This document shows positions 1 to 12,688 of a DNA stretch of 64,000 nt, piece after piece. Position 1 is the stretch's first letter; the number at the start of each line of letters is the position of its first letter. The notes under the pieces were generated by a model. That model was given only the letters and a program-made list of their open reading frames with translations. It had not been told where the DNA came from and ran no database searches. This DNA comes from Callorhinchus milii. Taxonomy: Eukaryota. The DNA is taken from positions 17,920,001-17,984,000 of the forward strand of contig NW_024704742.1 of assembly GCF_018977255.1 (NCBI RefSeq). Direction: 5' to 3'. Made by a program: the position numbers and the translations under genes.

Positions 1-2199
1 TACAGTACAATGGTTGTGCAGTCTTGATCAGTTACAGTTATTCAGACTTCTGTTGTACATATGGTGATCCTTCCAATAAAATTCTAACTTAGCAAATTTC
101 ACTGTAAATAATATTTTGCTATAACAGATTAATCCAAGACATCGAGAGTTCAACCGACTGAAAACTCAGAATTAGGAATGCAGAGAAGTGTGACTAATTA
201 AAACAGAATGAATTAGTTGTAGGAAGACAAAACATGGATCATATCAAATTCAACAGCACAGTCAGTGACACGGGATGTCACAATTGGGATTTAAAACAAC
301 AGCTGTGGGCTTCTCTATTTATAGATTCAATAAAACTCTTAAATTGGAATAACAGAACATTTACATTAAAATGACCAAAATCAGCAATGAACAAAGTTTG
401 ATCAAATTTGCGTAAATATAAATCCAATATATCTGCAGATGAGCATAACTGCAAATATCACAGGTTTACTGTAAGCACAGATTATATCCACATTTAAAAA
501 AGAGACTTGATCTACTGTTGCAAGTCCTAATATACTGCTGTCTTACAGTATTATGATGTGTCTTATTTTTAATGACATTTTAATGACTTACACTTTAAGG
601 ATGGGCTTCATCTCGATTGCATTTGAAGATAACTAGAAATACATTTGTTTTTTACGAGTATGTTAAATTGACTCAACTTTACTGATCCTTATCACGGATT
701 GCCTTATCATGCTATTGAGTCTCAAAATGCTTCACAAAATATATTGTAAAGTGAATTGTTTGTATTTCAAGCAAAATTAAGTATTTTGCTTGAACTACAG
801 AGATAAGAAAGGCAGAAAATAAACCTAATAGTAACAAACTGCTGTCAACAATAGCAAGCCATTTAGGAACCACCAGAATCCCCCCAAAATAATCTATATT
901 CAGGAAACACTTTGGAAAAGAAAATGACCTTAAATCGAGCAGAAAAAATATGCTTTCTTTGATTTTAATCAAAATAATTAATTGGTTTTCATGTTTTGTT
1001 AAGTTGCCTCCAAATTAGATCATCTTTTTGTTGTACTACAAAGTAGAAAATATATGAAGCTTTACATATAATCTGTATACAAGTAATCCCCTTCCTCCAA
1101 TTCAGCAGTAATTTGATAAAAAACCAAACTATTTAAAGGGTGCAGTGCTATTAAAGGCACAACAAAAATAAACAATCCGCTGGTATCCTGACTATTATCC
1201 ACTATACTATCCACAACAATATACGTGCATCATTACAAATTGGTTTTAAAAAGTAGCACAGAATTTCTAATCATTCAATCTTTCAGATCACAGTTCAGAC
1301 CAATGTCTGAATAACACTCAGTCACTAAACAGCAGGCTTCGGTATCTATTTTCATGGCCACTTCAACAACCATTATGCACGCACATGAGCCTCTCATTAT
1401 TACAATTCCCCTACTTATGCTGGCACTATTCCTTTGAGAATTAGCTGACCAAGATAGCACCTGGTAAGTACAATGCAGATTGATGCTGATACCAAACAAA
1501 CAGCAATGACAGCGGATGTTATGCATGGTTCATAGCTGACAGCTGTCAAATCGGCTCCTATCTCACTCAAACAGCTTAGAGATCACAAGAAACAAGTCAT
1601 CTAGTATGTAGATCTATATATCTTTTTGGTGGGAGAGAAGACATTAAAAAAATTATTACATAACCCATTTATTTCAGGTTATTCACTTTCTCTACAATAA
1701 TCTATAGCAAATAAAAACAATTCATATTAAATTACGCAGAGCAGACGTTGACAGAATCGACATCAATAATGCAAATAGCACTGAAATCACTCACATTTCT
1801 CAAACCAAACAAATACAATTTTACATTCTAGGTCAGGATGTGTGTGACGGTGTTATAATGGATTGATCAGGCCCCACCTGGAGCACTGTGAACAATTATC
1901 GCTGTACAGACATCATGGGGTCTGATTTGTAAGATGTGGATAATTAATTAGAATCACTGAATCCCAGCTGAATTGGGATTGACTTTTTGGAACTTTACTT
2001 GAACACTGATCTCAGTATCACCTTCCCTGAAGTCAGTTTTTTAGTGGAAGTTCAGACTATTAGCTGTGATGCGTTGGGATTCGGCATTTACAAATCCTTT
2101 TGTGAATTTTGCAAATTAGATATCCTTGGCATTGGAGGGGGTGTAGGGAAGGCAGTGTGTATTTTGTAGGCAAACACTACAACCAATTTGCATACGGTG

Positions 2200-2595
2200 A
2201 CAATTAGCATTCTGGCCTGTGTGTCAGAACACTATGGATTCATGCCCCATGTCAGTACTTCAAACTCATATAGTCTAGGCTGACACTCCAATGTAACGCT
2301 AGTTTGGGGGCGGGGGGAGAAGGGGTGCAGCATTGTCAGGGGTCCCGTCCTTCGGATGAACCAAAGTTCCATCTGCCTGTTCAGTTGGATGTTAAAGGTC
2401 TCATGGCACTATTCAAAAGAGAATGATGTTTCTCCCGATGTCCTGGCCAACAACAGGTCATTCACTTCATGTCTGCGGGTCACTGGTATATGTAAATTGG
2501 GCTGTTTTTGCCCATAAAACACACAGTCACTGCACTTTACTGTATATCCCGTGAAGCATTTTGGGATGTTGCCAAATGTAAGATTTACTATTATT
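2200..2595 (+). mobile_element. Old SINE with Deu-like central domain and L2-type tail
   Basis: gtccttcggatga...gttaaaggtctcatggcactattc...gtcctggccaa resembles the recalled DeuSINE core; five more copies in the window. Confidence 0.7.
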
Positions 2596-2779
2596 AATAC
2601 GATTAATATGATTAAAGTGGTGGTAGGCTTGCATTGCCAATGTCACAATTGATAGATTTATGGTTTTCATTGGTTTAGAAATTGATTTACAAATGCTGGT
2701 GCCGATGTGGCGGGGGAAAGAACTTTAACAAACAAAATTAACTCTTAATGCCAAAGTCATTATACAAAATTAATTCCGC

Positions 2780-3812
2780 ACAACAACAACTTGCACTTAT
2801 ATTGCATCCTCCACGCAGGGTAGTGTCTCAGAGCGCCTAACAATGGTGGATCCTGATTCCGAGCTGGCGGGGTGGGAGGTGGCTGTAAGCATGGTCGAAC
2901 AGGAAGGTTTTCAGGCGGGACGTGAAAAAGGGGAGAGGGGGCAACGCGGAAGGATTGAGGGAGAGTATTCCAGACTTTCAGTGCATAGTGGCTGAAAGCC
3001 CGACCTCCGATGGTGGGGCGGAGGATGCGAGGGTTGAGCAGGAAGCCGGTGCCAGTTGAGTGGATCTTTTGAATAGTGGAGCTGGGGAGAACGTCGAGGA
3101 GTTCGTTGGAGTAATCCAGGCGGGAGGTGACAAACGCATGCACAAGAGTTTCGGCTGGAAATGGGGCAAGGAACGGTCGGAGGCAGGCAATGTGACGAAG
3201 GTGGAAGAAGGCGGTCTTGGTCAGGGACCCGATGTGGGGGAGGAAGAACAGCTGGGGGTTGAATCAGACACCCAGATTGTGCACTGGTTCTGTGAGTCTG
3301 AGAGAGAGCCCTGGGAGTTTGAGTTCAGATCCTCAGGAGTGAAGATGTTGACCGGAGCCAAGGAGTATGGCTTCCATCTTGTCCACATTCAGCTGCAGGA
3401 AGTTTACACTCATCCAGGCTTTGATGTTTGCCAGACAAACTGATAGAACATCAGCAGACCTGGAGTTGGTACTGGAGGAGGCAAAGTAGATTTGTGTGTC
3501 ATCTGCATAAATGTGGAAGTTTACCCCACGTCTGAGGATGACATTGCCCAGAGGGAGCATATAGATAAGGAAAAGAAGAGCGCCAAGGATGGAGCCCTGG
3601 GGTACGCCGCAGGTGACCGGGCGGGGGTGGGAGGAGAAACCATTTGCTGAGATGAAATGGAGGTGGTTTGTTAAGTAGAACTCGAACAATGCGAGTGCGG
3701 TCCCACAAAGTTGGAGAGGGGGAGGCGGTGGAGGAGGATGGTGTGGTTGACTGTGTTGAATGCAGCAGAGAGATCCAGGAGGACGAGGAGGCAGAGGGAG
3801 TCCTGGTCACAG
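2780..3812 (-). mobile_element. L2 LINE 3' fragment with degenerate reverse transcriptase
   Basis: GVPQGSILGALLFLIYMLPLG...HIYADDTQIY, HAFVTSRLDYSN, GGRAFS; (GTT)n tail near 2780; frameshifted. Confidence 0.93.
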
Positions 3813-3814
3813 GT

Positions 3815-4060
3815 ATAATAATAAAATAATCCTTGCATTTGTTATAGCGCTTTCATGTCTTCTAGACATCTCAAAGCGCTTCACAGAATATGCTGTAAAG
3901 TGAATTGACCGTATATTTGTGGGTGAAACGTGGCAGCCAATTGCGCACAGCAGTGTCCCACAAACAGTCGTGGATTAAAAATGACCAATTTATTATTGTT
4001 TTGTTTTTTTGGAGGGATTATGATTAGGCGTGTGGAGTAAGGAAACTTGCCTAAGGTTTG
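3815..4060 (-). mobile_element. tRNA-derived SINE, 5'-truncated
   Basis: Body and (ATT)n tail match the full-length copies at 14009 and 36450. Confidence 0.9.
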
Positions 4061-5499
4061 GTTTTGATATCAGTTATGGTTTTGACATCTAGTCAAGTGT
4101 AATAAATTTTTCTTGGATCAATTATTATACAACAGCAAATGAGAGGTAAACATCAGTTGCAGTTCATTGGCAGCTGTCAGTTGATACTACACTTACACCT
4201 AATAAATTCCACTACTTAATGATAGAGCATTTCCAGTCGCACTGATGTATAACACTCTGGATCTTTGTTAATCACAGAGTTAGATAAACTAGTTTATTTT
4301 CTTCACCTGTAAAAAAAAAATCAGATACTGATTTACCCATTAAATGTATGCAGGTACAACCGGTGAAATATTATATTCTCTGTGATTTGGGGGAATGTGT
4401 TTTCTAGGGGTGCACCTGTTCCAAAGATTCCAAAGCTTTGGAATGGATTGCAGAGCTAGCACAACTACAATCACAACAGAACATGGCACTGCGAATCCAC
4501 TCCCTACTTTTTAATAGCACTGACAACTTACACAGAAGGTGTGACAAAACTATATGTAGAAACCTGTTTGTTTATGCAACAGGCTGTTTAAGGGGCCAGC
4601 GAAACTCTTCTTTTTGTTGGTCAAAGTCATTACAATAGTAATTCTTGCATTAACATCTTGCAAAGCACTAAGATATCCTCCTGACATGAAAGGATATGTT
4701 AATTGTTAGGATTATTATTATTTACTTGGTACACCATGCCTTATCATGTTGTCATAACATCTTAAAACACTTCATGGGATTGACTGTAATGTATCGTGAC
4801 TATGAAGGTGAATGTTGCAAGCAAATTGTGCGCAGCAATGTCCCACATAAAGCCATAAAGTGAATGACTAATTTTATCTGGAGGATTGCATTTTTACAAA
4901 GTATTTGGGTAAAGTATTATTGGCAAAATCTAAAACCACAGGTACTAATGAAAAGCCATTTAACAACAAAAAATGAAGGCAAGGAAATTGGAGGAAACTA
5001 CATTTAACAGTAACATTTGTAAAATGCTTTGAGATGTTTTGATTTCAGGCATTGTATCAAATACAAGCAATATTATAAATCACTAATTGCAACTTCCGGT
5101 TTAGGAAAACCGAATTGCAATATTAGAGAACTGTGGTAAAGTCCAGCTTGTTTACAGATGTTTCTGGCTTAGCTTTTATTTTATTCAGAGTCTTCCAAAA
5201 TGGAAGCTACAATTTCCAATGAATCTGGTTTGCAAATGTCACCCCTTTTGCAGCAAGTTTCTAAATGGCTCCTTCTACCAGTCACTGGCTGGTACAAACT
5301 TTTCGAGTTTGCATTCACGGTTGTTTCTCCTTATCACCCAATATCACATGCAATACACCTAGGTTGGGCAGGCTGGATTGTTAAAAAAANGCCACTTCTG
5401 TTTTGTCTGAAATGTAACTCCAATGTCAGAAAAAGATTTGTGAGTGAGGCAGGGAATTCTGGACCGTTTAATGCTGGCCTTTGGGTTTCTTGTCCTGAT

Positions 5500-5842
5500 T
5501 TTTAAATGCCTCTATGGTCTTGCCCCAACCTACCTCTGCGGCTTCCTCTAACCCGACCAACCCAGCTGCTCCCTCCGTTCAGCGGGTACCGGCCTGCTTC
5601 ACGTCCCTCACCTCACCTGCTCCATCATCTGGAGTCAGGCTTTCAGTAAATCTTAAACTCCATCCTGGAGTCCCTTCAACTCATCCGGTCACTTCAAGAC
5701 CCTTCTCTTTCACTGTGTTTTGGCAATCTTCAATTCCCCCCCACACCCCACCCCCAGGTGCAAAGCCTGGATTGTCCAGTGCGTTGTCCTCCCAGCATGA
5801 AAGATGCTATATAAATCTGGATTTGTATTGTATTATATTGTA
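5500..5842 (+). mobile_element. L2 LINE 3' end fragment
   Basis: Similar to the other L2 3' ends; ends tgaaagatgctatataaat followed by short repeats. Confidence 0.8.
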
Positions 5843-6454
5843 ACTGTTCGTGATCATTTCACTGAGACAATCCAACCTGAAAAAAGAAAAGATTTTCAAC
5901 ACATCTATATATGGTGGATTCAGTCCATACAGTACCATGGAGGTAAAAGGCCAGCAATTTAACCAACTACAAATTTAATTTGATATCTTGCATTTTTTTT
6001 CAATTGGGAAAGTTTCTTTTTTCACGGCAGTTCCAAATCTTTTTCATATATTCTTTTCCACTAACATTTTATGGCGACCCCATAGTTTATTTCATAAAAA
6101 CATGGTAAAAAAATGAAACGGCTATCATGTTTTTATATCATTCACAGATAGACTTTGCAATCAATTTCTCATTAGATGTTTTCACAGCTTCCTCCAGATG
6201 GAGAATGTCATTTTCCATCTGATTCCACCTAATTTAACATCTGGTGGAGGAACAATATCACTTCCAGCAGTGGAACGCGTTTGAGTGGGAAACCTGACTT
6301 AGAATTCTTACTCCTCATCACACTGGTCGGGGGCGGGGGTGGAGGTGGAGGGCTTGTTAAAAAAAATTAACAACCAATATTAGAATTCTGCATCTGAGCA
6401 ACTAAGCCTTTTGGGCAAAACTCTGAATTTGCTCTACCAACACCAACAACAAAT

Positions 6455-6860
6455 TAGTGGTTAGAGCACTCAACAACAACTTGCATTTATATGTCATCTC
6501 TCATGCAGGGTAGCGTCCCAGAGCACTTGCCTTGCAAGTGAGGGGACCTGGGTTCGATTCCTGGGCAGGGCAAAACTTTTGGCAAGTTCCCTTACTCCGT
6601 TTACCTAGCAGTAAGTAGGAACCCGGTTGTTAGTCGATTGGCGGATTGAATTTCTGGGGTAATAATGTCTTACAAAAATAATAATAATTTGATCACTCAA
6701 TCTATGACTGTTTGTGGGATACTGCTGTGTGCAATTGGCTGCTGCGTTTTGCCCATAAAATACAAAGTCAATTCAATCTACAGTATGTTCTGTGAAGCTC
6801 TTTGAAACGTTTCAAAGACATGATAAGGCACTATATCAAATTCAACGATTATTATTATTA
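6455..6860 (+). mobile_element. tRNA-derived SINE variant with an extra central segment and an interrupted head
   Basis: A-box-like agtggttagagc, B-box ggttcgattcc, shared body and (ATT)n tail. Confidence 0.85.
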
Positions 6861-7520
6861 AATTGCATTTATGTAGTGCCTTTTGTATTAGGAGGTTATC
6901 CCGAGACACTGGACAGTGAAGGGTTTTCACCTCAGCAATGAGGTGGAGTTGGGAGGATGACCGAAGGAGAGGTCAAAAAGGAAGGTCTTGAAATGGGCAT
7001 TGAAGAAGGCAGCGGATGAGGTGAGGCTGAGGAGCCCCGGCATCAATTTCCGGAGAGTTCCACAGAAAGGCTGAAGGTCTGACTACCGATGATGGGGCAG
7101 GCAGGGCAAAACATACAGAGTAGGCTAGTGCCCGCCGAACGGAGGGAGCAGACGGGTTAGTAATGTTTTAATAGATTGCTGAGGTAGGTAGAAGCAAGAC
7201 CATGGACAGAGTTAAAAGTGGGAATGAGGAGCCAGTGATGCCAAGGGAAATGGGAATCAATGGAGCCAAGAAAGGTGATAATAGGCTTGTGTAACCTGAA
7301 TGGTCTTGAGCTTTTGGAGGGAAGAGTTCGGAAGTCCGGTGAGCAGACAGTGGACGTAATCTAATGGACATGATGAAAGCATGGATGATGGTCTCAGTGC
7401 TTGAGGAGAGATGTATTGGCGGAGTCCGGCAATTTTGCGGAAGGTAAGTAAAGCTGAACCGCACACCGCGGTTCCACACTGGCTCCATGAGGTGGAGTGT
7501 GCATCTATGCATACGTCTAA
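6861..7520 (-). mobile_element. L2 LINE 3' fragment, degraded
   Basis: TETIIHAFIMS/LDY remnants and an L2-type 3' end abutting the SINE tail. Confidence 0.8.
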
Positions 7521-9483
7521 TGTAAGTAAGTTCAGGGTCCACATTCCAACTGTGCAATACGTGAACTTGCATTATAATGAAGGTTTCGCCCACAAAATAC
7601 ACAGTCACTAAGCTTTACAGTATATGCTGTGAAGTGCTTTGAGACTTCTTGAAGACACGATAATGCAAGGATTATTATTAAAATGAAGCATGTTATATTG
7701 TAGTTTAAAGAATAGAAAGATTCTTAAAGAATAGGCACTCTTTGTCAAGGGCAGGTTTTGTGTGCGATTTAGATTCACATCACACTGCGCAGCTCAGCTT
7801 TACCATGGATAATCATGGGCTTTTTGTGGCAATTAACTGTGAAAAGTACAATGTGAACACATCTTAAAATTATCTAGAATGTTTTGTAGCTATCAGTAAA
7901 AGAGGAATGCATCCATTTTACTGTAATATCAAGGTGAACATTGAAATACTTCTTAATGGTTTTGATGTGATACACATTTGAGTAGAAACATCACATTCTT
8001 CACCCCTTAAACCGTTGCTCTTAAACATTTCTCTAAAGCAAAACAATATTGTGTTTAAGAATAAATCCAGTTATTGTCACTTCAATCTTCATGTCTTTTT
8101 TGAGAGTGAATTGAAAGCTCAACACTATTTGTAAAAGTACTGGGTCCTCCAGGATAATAATGGTGGGACATGACTTTGTTTCTCTATAATACAGATACAC
8201 TGTGCAAATTAATACTGTCAGTTCCCACTTTACAGTGCGTCAACAAAGGGACAGCAAACTGATGTGTCAGCTGTTTTCAATCAAAAGCACATTTTTTGGC
8301 AACAAATGGTACATTTTAACAGTTACATTTCTTATTTTTATAATATAATTTTTAACTGTACTTTCCCCAGTCTGTGAAAAATACATTTCATCACAAGACA
8401 GCAAAAGCCAAGGGTCCAAAAGTAATACCTCTAAATCCAAGATACTATCACAACATAGGTATTAAAGTAAACCCTTTTATTGTATCACTTTAGATAATCC
8501 TGTCTGCAGTTTTAGTCAAAACCTCAGTGTACAATAGTCACAGAAATGTTCTTGTCTAATGTTTTGGCAATTGGCTGAAGCTTGCATGATTTGCCTGAAA
8601 GAGATGTTATCTATTTTTGTCTTGGCAAAGAGGGGTTACTCTCTTGTGGATGCTGCAGCGATGGAAATCCATTTAACAGGAATGATACCAGGGCGCTGGG
8701 CAATGCTCTCAAATCCCATTCCTAGCCTTGCCAGCAGGAGAAGGTGCCAGTGCGAGGCCAGGCACTCCCCGGAGTGAGAAAAAATATCAGATGCTTGGGA
8801 GCATCATTGGCAGAGAACCCGATACAGCTGCAAAGCAGGCAGAAAGCTGAAGATAGGAAAGGCAGAATATCTTTTACAAATAATTTGGACTCCAAAAAAA
8901 ATAACTTTGTGCTGAACCAAATATTGGTTTAATATTTGGTAAAGAGCTAGGAGTGTCAGTTAGAGTGAGGTCACACTCAATCTAGAAGTGTTCGAATTAA
9001 AATTGTAAAATTGTAATCCAACCAGATGTGGCATAAGCCTGTATCCCTCTGCAGACTCCTAAAGCATAATCAGAGCCTTGCTGCATTGCACCTCAGCTTT
9101 GCCAGAATCTTTACATCCTCACCCCATTGAACAAAGCTTCCTCACATTAACAATCTCGTCTTTTCCTCCTTTATATTCTCAGAGTTTGCAGCAGTTAATA
9201 TAATCTTTCCATAATTATAGGGTGAAAATGCAATATTTCTTTGCAGACTTACCACACTGAATCTAAATCCATTAAGAATCATCACACTTTCATCACTTGT
9301 GATGAATTAATAGGGTGGGTGTTGTTGAATAATTGATTGACTTGATACTGAGGTTTCCGTCCCAGATTCACATTTGGTTGATATTGAATCTGGTACTGAT
9401 TTCCTGTTTCACTGTGTGGGCCAACTCTGATCAAGAGCTAGGAGTGTTAGCTACAGTTACAATACAATTTATATTTATATAGT

Positions 9484-9796
9484 GCCAAAGCCTCAATGAG
9501 TAGGGTGGTCCTAACTGGACAAGCAACGGGAAGCTTGCCAGACAGTGCTTTCAATGGCAAGCTGTACGGTTTTAGCTGGTTAAACTCCAATAATGCTCCA
9601 ATGCACATTATCGGATCCCCAAGCCTTGGCTCTTGCCAACTGGGCCGAATACTCTTTTCAATTAGGCAGACAGCGTATGTGCCCTGTGCATTCCATTCCA
9701 GACATTGGAACTTGCATGTGTCGGTGGCATGCATGGAACTGTGTCTGGTTCGATACTCTTAAGCATGGAGATGGATTTCTTCGTATGGTAGATACA
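9484..9796 (+). repeat. Unclassified dispersed repeat, copy A
   Basis: Shares gctggttaaactcc, ccaagccttggctcttg and actcttaagcatgg.gatgg.ttt blocks with five other copies. Confidence 0.8.
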
Positions 9797-9994
9797 ATTA
9801 TATAGTGCCTCCTACATTGGCAGGATATCTGCAAAACAGTTTACGCATCTGACTGGGTATCAGAGCCAGATTGGGGGGAGGGGAAAGATGAGCAAAAGCC
9901 GGGTCAGCTTAAGGGTTTGAGAGTGCGGCGGGAGGAGTCGAGTCAGTGGGTCTTCGGGATGATGTTTCAGTGAGCACACGTTCAGGATAAATAA

Positions 9995-10395
9995 CTGCAT
10001 TGTTTAGACCTCAGGATTAATAGGATGAGTGAAAGGATGAACTGATAGAGTTCTTTACAATTATGAAGGGTTTTGATATTGTTATTAAGGGGAAATTATT
10101 TCCATGGGTCGGTAAACCAATGACAAGTGGGAGTCACTTTAAGATAATTAGAAACTGACCGAAGAGAGCGATCTGGAGGATTGTTTTACACAGAGGGTTG
10201 CTTGGATACGGAATATTCTGCTGAGGGCGAGGGACAAGGGAGGGACAACATTAGCTTTCAAGGGGGAACTAGATAGATATCTAAAAAGGAATACTTTGTG
10301 GTGCTATGGGACATGGGACTGAATCAAATGTTCTTTCAATGACACAGTTGGCCGAAAGGCCTCCTCATGCACTCTAAATATCAATGGTTCTACAG
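9995..10395 (+). mobile_element. CR1 LINE 3' fragment
   Basis: Degenerate ORF2 C-terminus (ELIEFFTIMKGFD, FTQRV) and tail ggccgaaaggcctcct. Confidence 0.8.
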
Positions 10396-10549
10396 TTTGA
10401 TCAAAATGACCTAATTTGACTAAATCTTCAATTTTGATGTAAGTGTCTGAAAAATGAGAGAAAGTCACAAGAGAAATTAGTCTGTAGTTGTAGAACACGA
10501 TAAAAGGGAATTCTAGGTTAGTTTGTATTACGTACAAGGTACCAGGTGC

Positions 10550-11110
10550 CGCACTGGCTCAGTTGATAACAATAAAAAATAATCATTCTTGGCTCTGAAT
10601 CAGAAGGTTGTGTTTCAAGCCCCACTTTGACTGACACTCCACTGCAGTGCTGAGAATGTGCTGCATTTTTGGAGCTGCTGTGCTTTGGATGAGAGTTAAA
10701 CTGAGATCCTGTCTACCTGTTCAGATGGACATTAATTATCCCTTAACACGTTTCAAAAAGAGATGAGTGCCTCCTGATATTCTGGCCAATAAATCACCAG
10801 ATAAAATTGGTCATTTACTTCATAATTCTTTTGTGGGACATTGCTGTATGCACAATGCTAATAATAACAATAAAAAATAATCATCACCATAATCATTATA
10901 TTTGGTATAGCAGCTTTCGCATCAGGAGGATGTCCCAAAGCACTTCACAGGGTACACTGTAAATTATGTGCAATTTGCACCCAACAATTTCCCACAAACA
11001 TGAAGTGAATAACCAATTTTATTTGGGGAATGTTCATCTACAAATACAGTCACTTCACCTGAAAGAAAAACTCTGAGACAGTGATAAGGCACTGTCTCAA
11101 ATATAATAAG
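10550..11110 (+). mobile_element. Deu-like SINE interrupted by an inverted SINE tail (about 10860-11030)
   Basis: tRNA-like head tggctcagttg...tcaagcccc; core tttggatgagagttaaactgag; tail resumes near 11030. Confidence 0.7.
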
Positions 11111-11269
11111 ATACAAGGGAGGCATTCATTTTTATATTGAGAAAACAAGCTGAAGGGTAAGACACCGTCAAAGTTGAAAAGAGAAGGGCATACGAGTCAA
11201 ATCTTTGTGTCACCTTGGCTCACTTGATGGCATTCTTGCCTCTGGGTTTGAAGGGTGTGAGTTTATAAC

Positions 11270-11594
11270 AATAATAATAATAATAATAATCCTTGCATTT
11301 GATATAGCGCTTTTCACGTCGGGAGGACGTCCCAAAGCGCTTCACAGAACACACTGTAAAGTGAATTGACTGTATGTTTGTGGGCGAACGTGGCAGCCAA
11401 TTGCGCACAGCAATGTCCCACAAACAGTCGTAGATTGAAAATGACCAATTTATTATTGTTTACGGTTTTGGAGGGATTATTATTAGGCGTGTGGAGTAAG
11501 GAAACTTGCCCAAGGTTTCGCCCTCTGCCTGGAATTGAATTCAGGTCTCTCGCTTGCAAAGCGAGTGCTCTAACCACTGAGCTACAGGACTCCA
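11270..11594 (-). mobile_element. Full-length young tRNA-derived SINE
   Basis: Head ggagtcctgtagctcagtggttagagcactcgctttgcaagcgag; (ATT)n tail; nearly identical to 44774-45098. Confidence 0.95.
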
Positions 11595-11650
11595 CAAGTT
11601 TAAGCCTCATATCAGGACAATGAGCTAATATTCTAGGCTTAATTCCCATT

Positions 11651-11711
11651 GGGACGTCCTCCCGACGTGAAAAGCGCTATATCAAATGCAAGAATTATTA
11701 TTATTATTATT
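11651..11711 (+). mobile_element. SINE 3' tail only (about 60 bp)
   Basis: gggacgtcctcccgacgtgaaaagcgctatatcaaatgcaag+(ATT)n; inverted copy of 11270-11333. Confidence 0.9.
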
Positions 11712-11714
11712 GCT

Positions 11715-11950
11715 GTACTCAGGTAGATATTAAACTGAGATCCTATTTGTTTCAGATGAGTGTTAAAGATCCCATGATACTATTTGAAAAGTTAAGTTTC
11801 TTACATCATCCTAGCCAACAATCCTCCACATAAATTCACCTTTCAACAACTATGGCTGATTGTGTGATCTGCTGTGTGCAAATTGGTTGCCCAGTTTTCA
11901 ACAGTCACTACACTTTACAGCAATTTCACACAAAGCTCTTTGAGACATTT
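11715..11950 (+). mobile_element. Deu-like SINE fragment
   Basis: ttaaactgagatcctat...gttaaagatcccatgatactatttg. Confidence 0.65.
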
Positions 11951-12414
11951 CGACTTTATATGCGGTCTATTTATAGATTGTAGAAAGAAAAGAAACTTAT
12001 ATACAAAGGGAGATGCTTTCATTCATGCTTTCAGTGATTTCTTTAGCGAAAATGTTGAATTTGTTGTTATTGTATTATTTCTTTAAACACAATGCAAAGA
12101 CCAATCACAAAATGTTACATAGTATTACATAGAATCATAGAATGATGTAGCACAGAATCAGGCCATTCAGCCCAATTAGTCCATGCTGGGTGCTAAATTG
12201 ATGGCCGTTTAAATGTTAAGATGGAAAATGGTATTTGAAATATATTGATAATTGTCGGAACATCCTAAAATGATGATATTTTGCTGAATTGTTAAATCAA
12301 ATGCTGATATCATTCTGGAAGAGCTGAAGCTTGCGAAGAGTGCCACCTGCTGATAGTATCCTGTCAAGCAGTCATGTGCCTCAAAGAAGCAGAAAAACCA
12401 CATTATTATACACA

Positions 12415-12688
12415 AACAGTGCTTTTGATGACATGCTGACAGCTTTTAGCTGGTTAAACTCCAGCAAACCCCAATGCATTGGCTTTTTCTACACTGCACC
12501 TAATACTCTCCAGAATTAGATAAGAAGGTGAATCCCTCCAGTAAGAAAGTCTGTATTTCTTTCTAGACACACAGAAGATTTCCATGTTTCGCTGCCATGC
12601 ATATGTGGAACTCAGTCTGGTTTGAATACTCTTAAGCACAGTGATGGATTTCCATATGTGGCAGATACTAAGCGGACCACATAAAAAT
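12415..12688 (+). repeat. Unclassified dispersed repeat, copy B
   Basis: ttttagctggttaaactccagca...actcttaagcacagtgatggatttcc; A-rich end. Confidence 0.8.

Noticed and set aside
911..935. tggaaaagaaaatgaccttaaa resembling headpiece WKRNDLK codons
   Set aside because: Wrong strand, needs a frameshift, and the flanks do not match; treated as chance
5390..5390. Ambiguous base n
   Set aside because: Assembly ambiguity at the end of an A-run; no biological meaning
11520..11594. tRNA-Ala(TGC)-like sequence (also at 14009, 36700-36768 and 45025-45098)
   Set aside because: These are SINE heads that run directly into the SINE body and tail, not standalone tRNA genes
11220..11649. Recurrent similar short ORFs (e.g. 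MGKFPYST.., ..CKDYYY) here and at 14039, 36398 and 44772, suggesting a peptide family
   Set aside because: The similarity comes from SINE copies; frames and stops are not conserved
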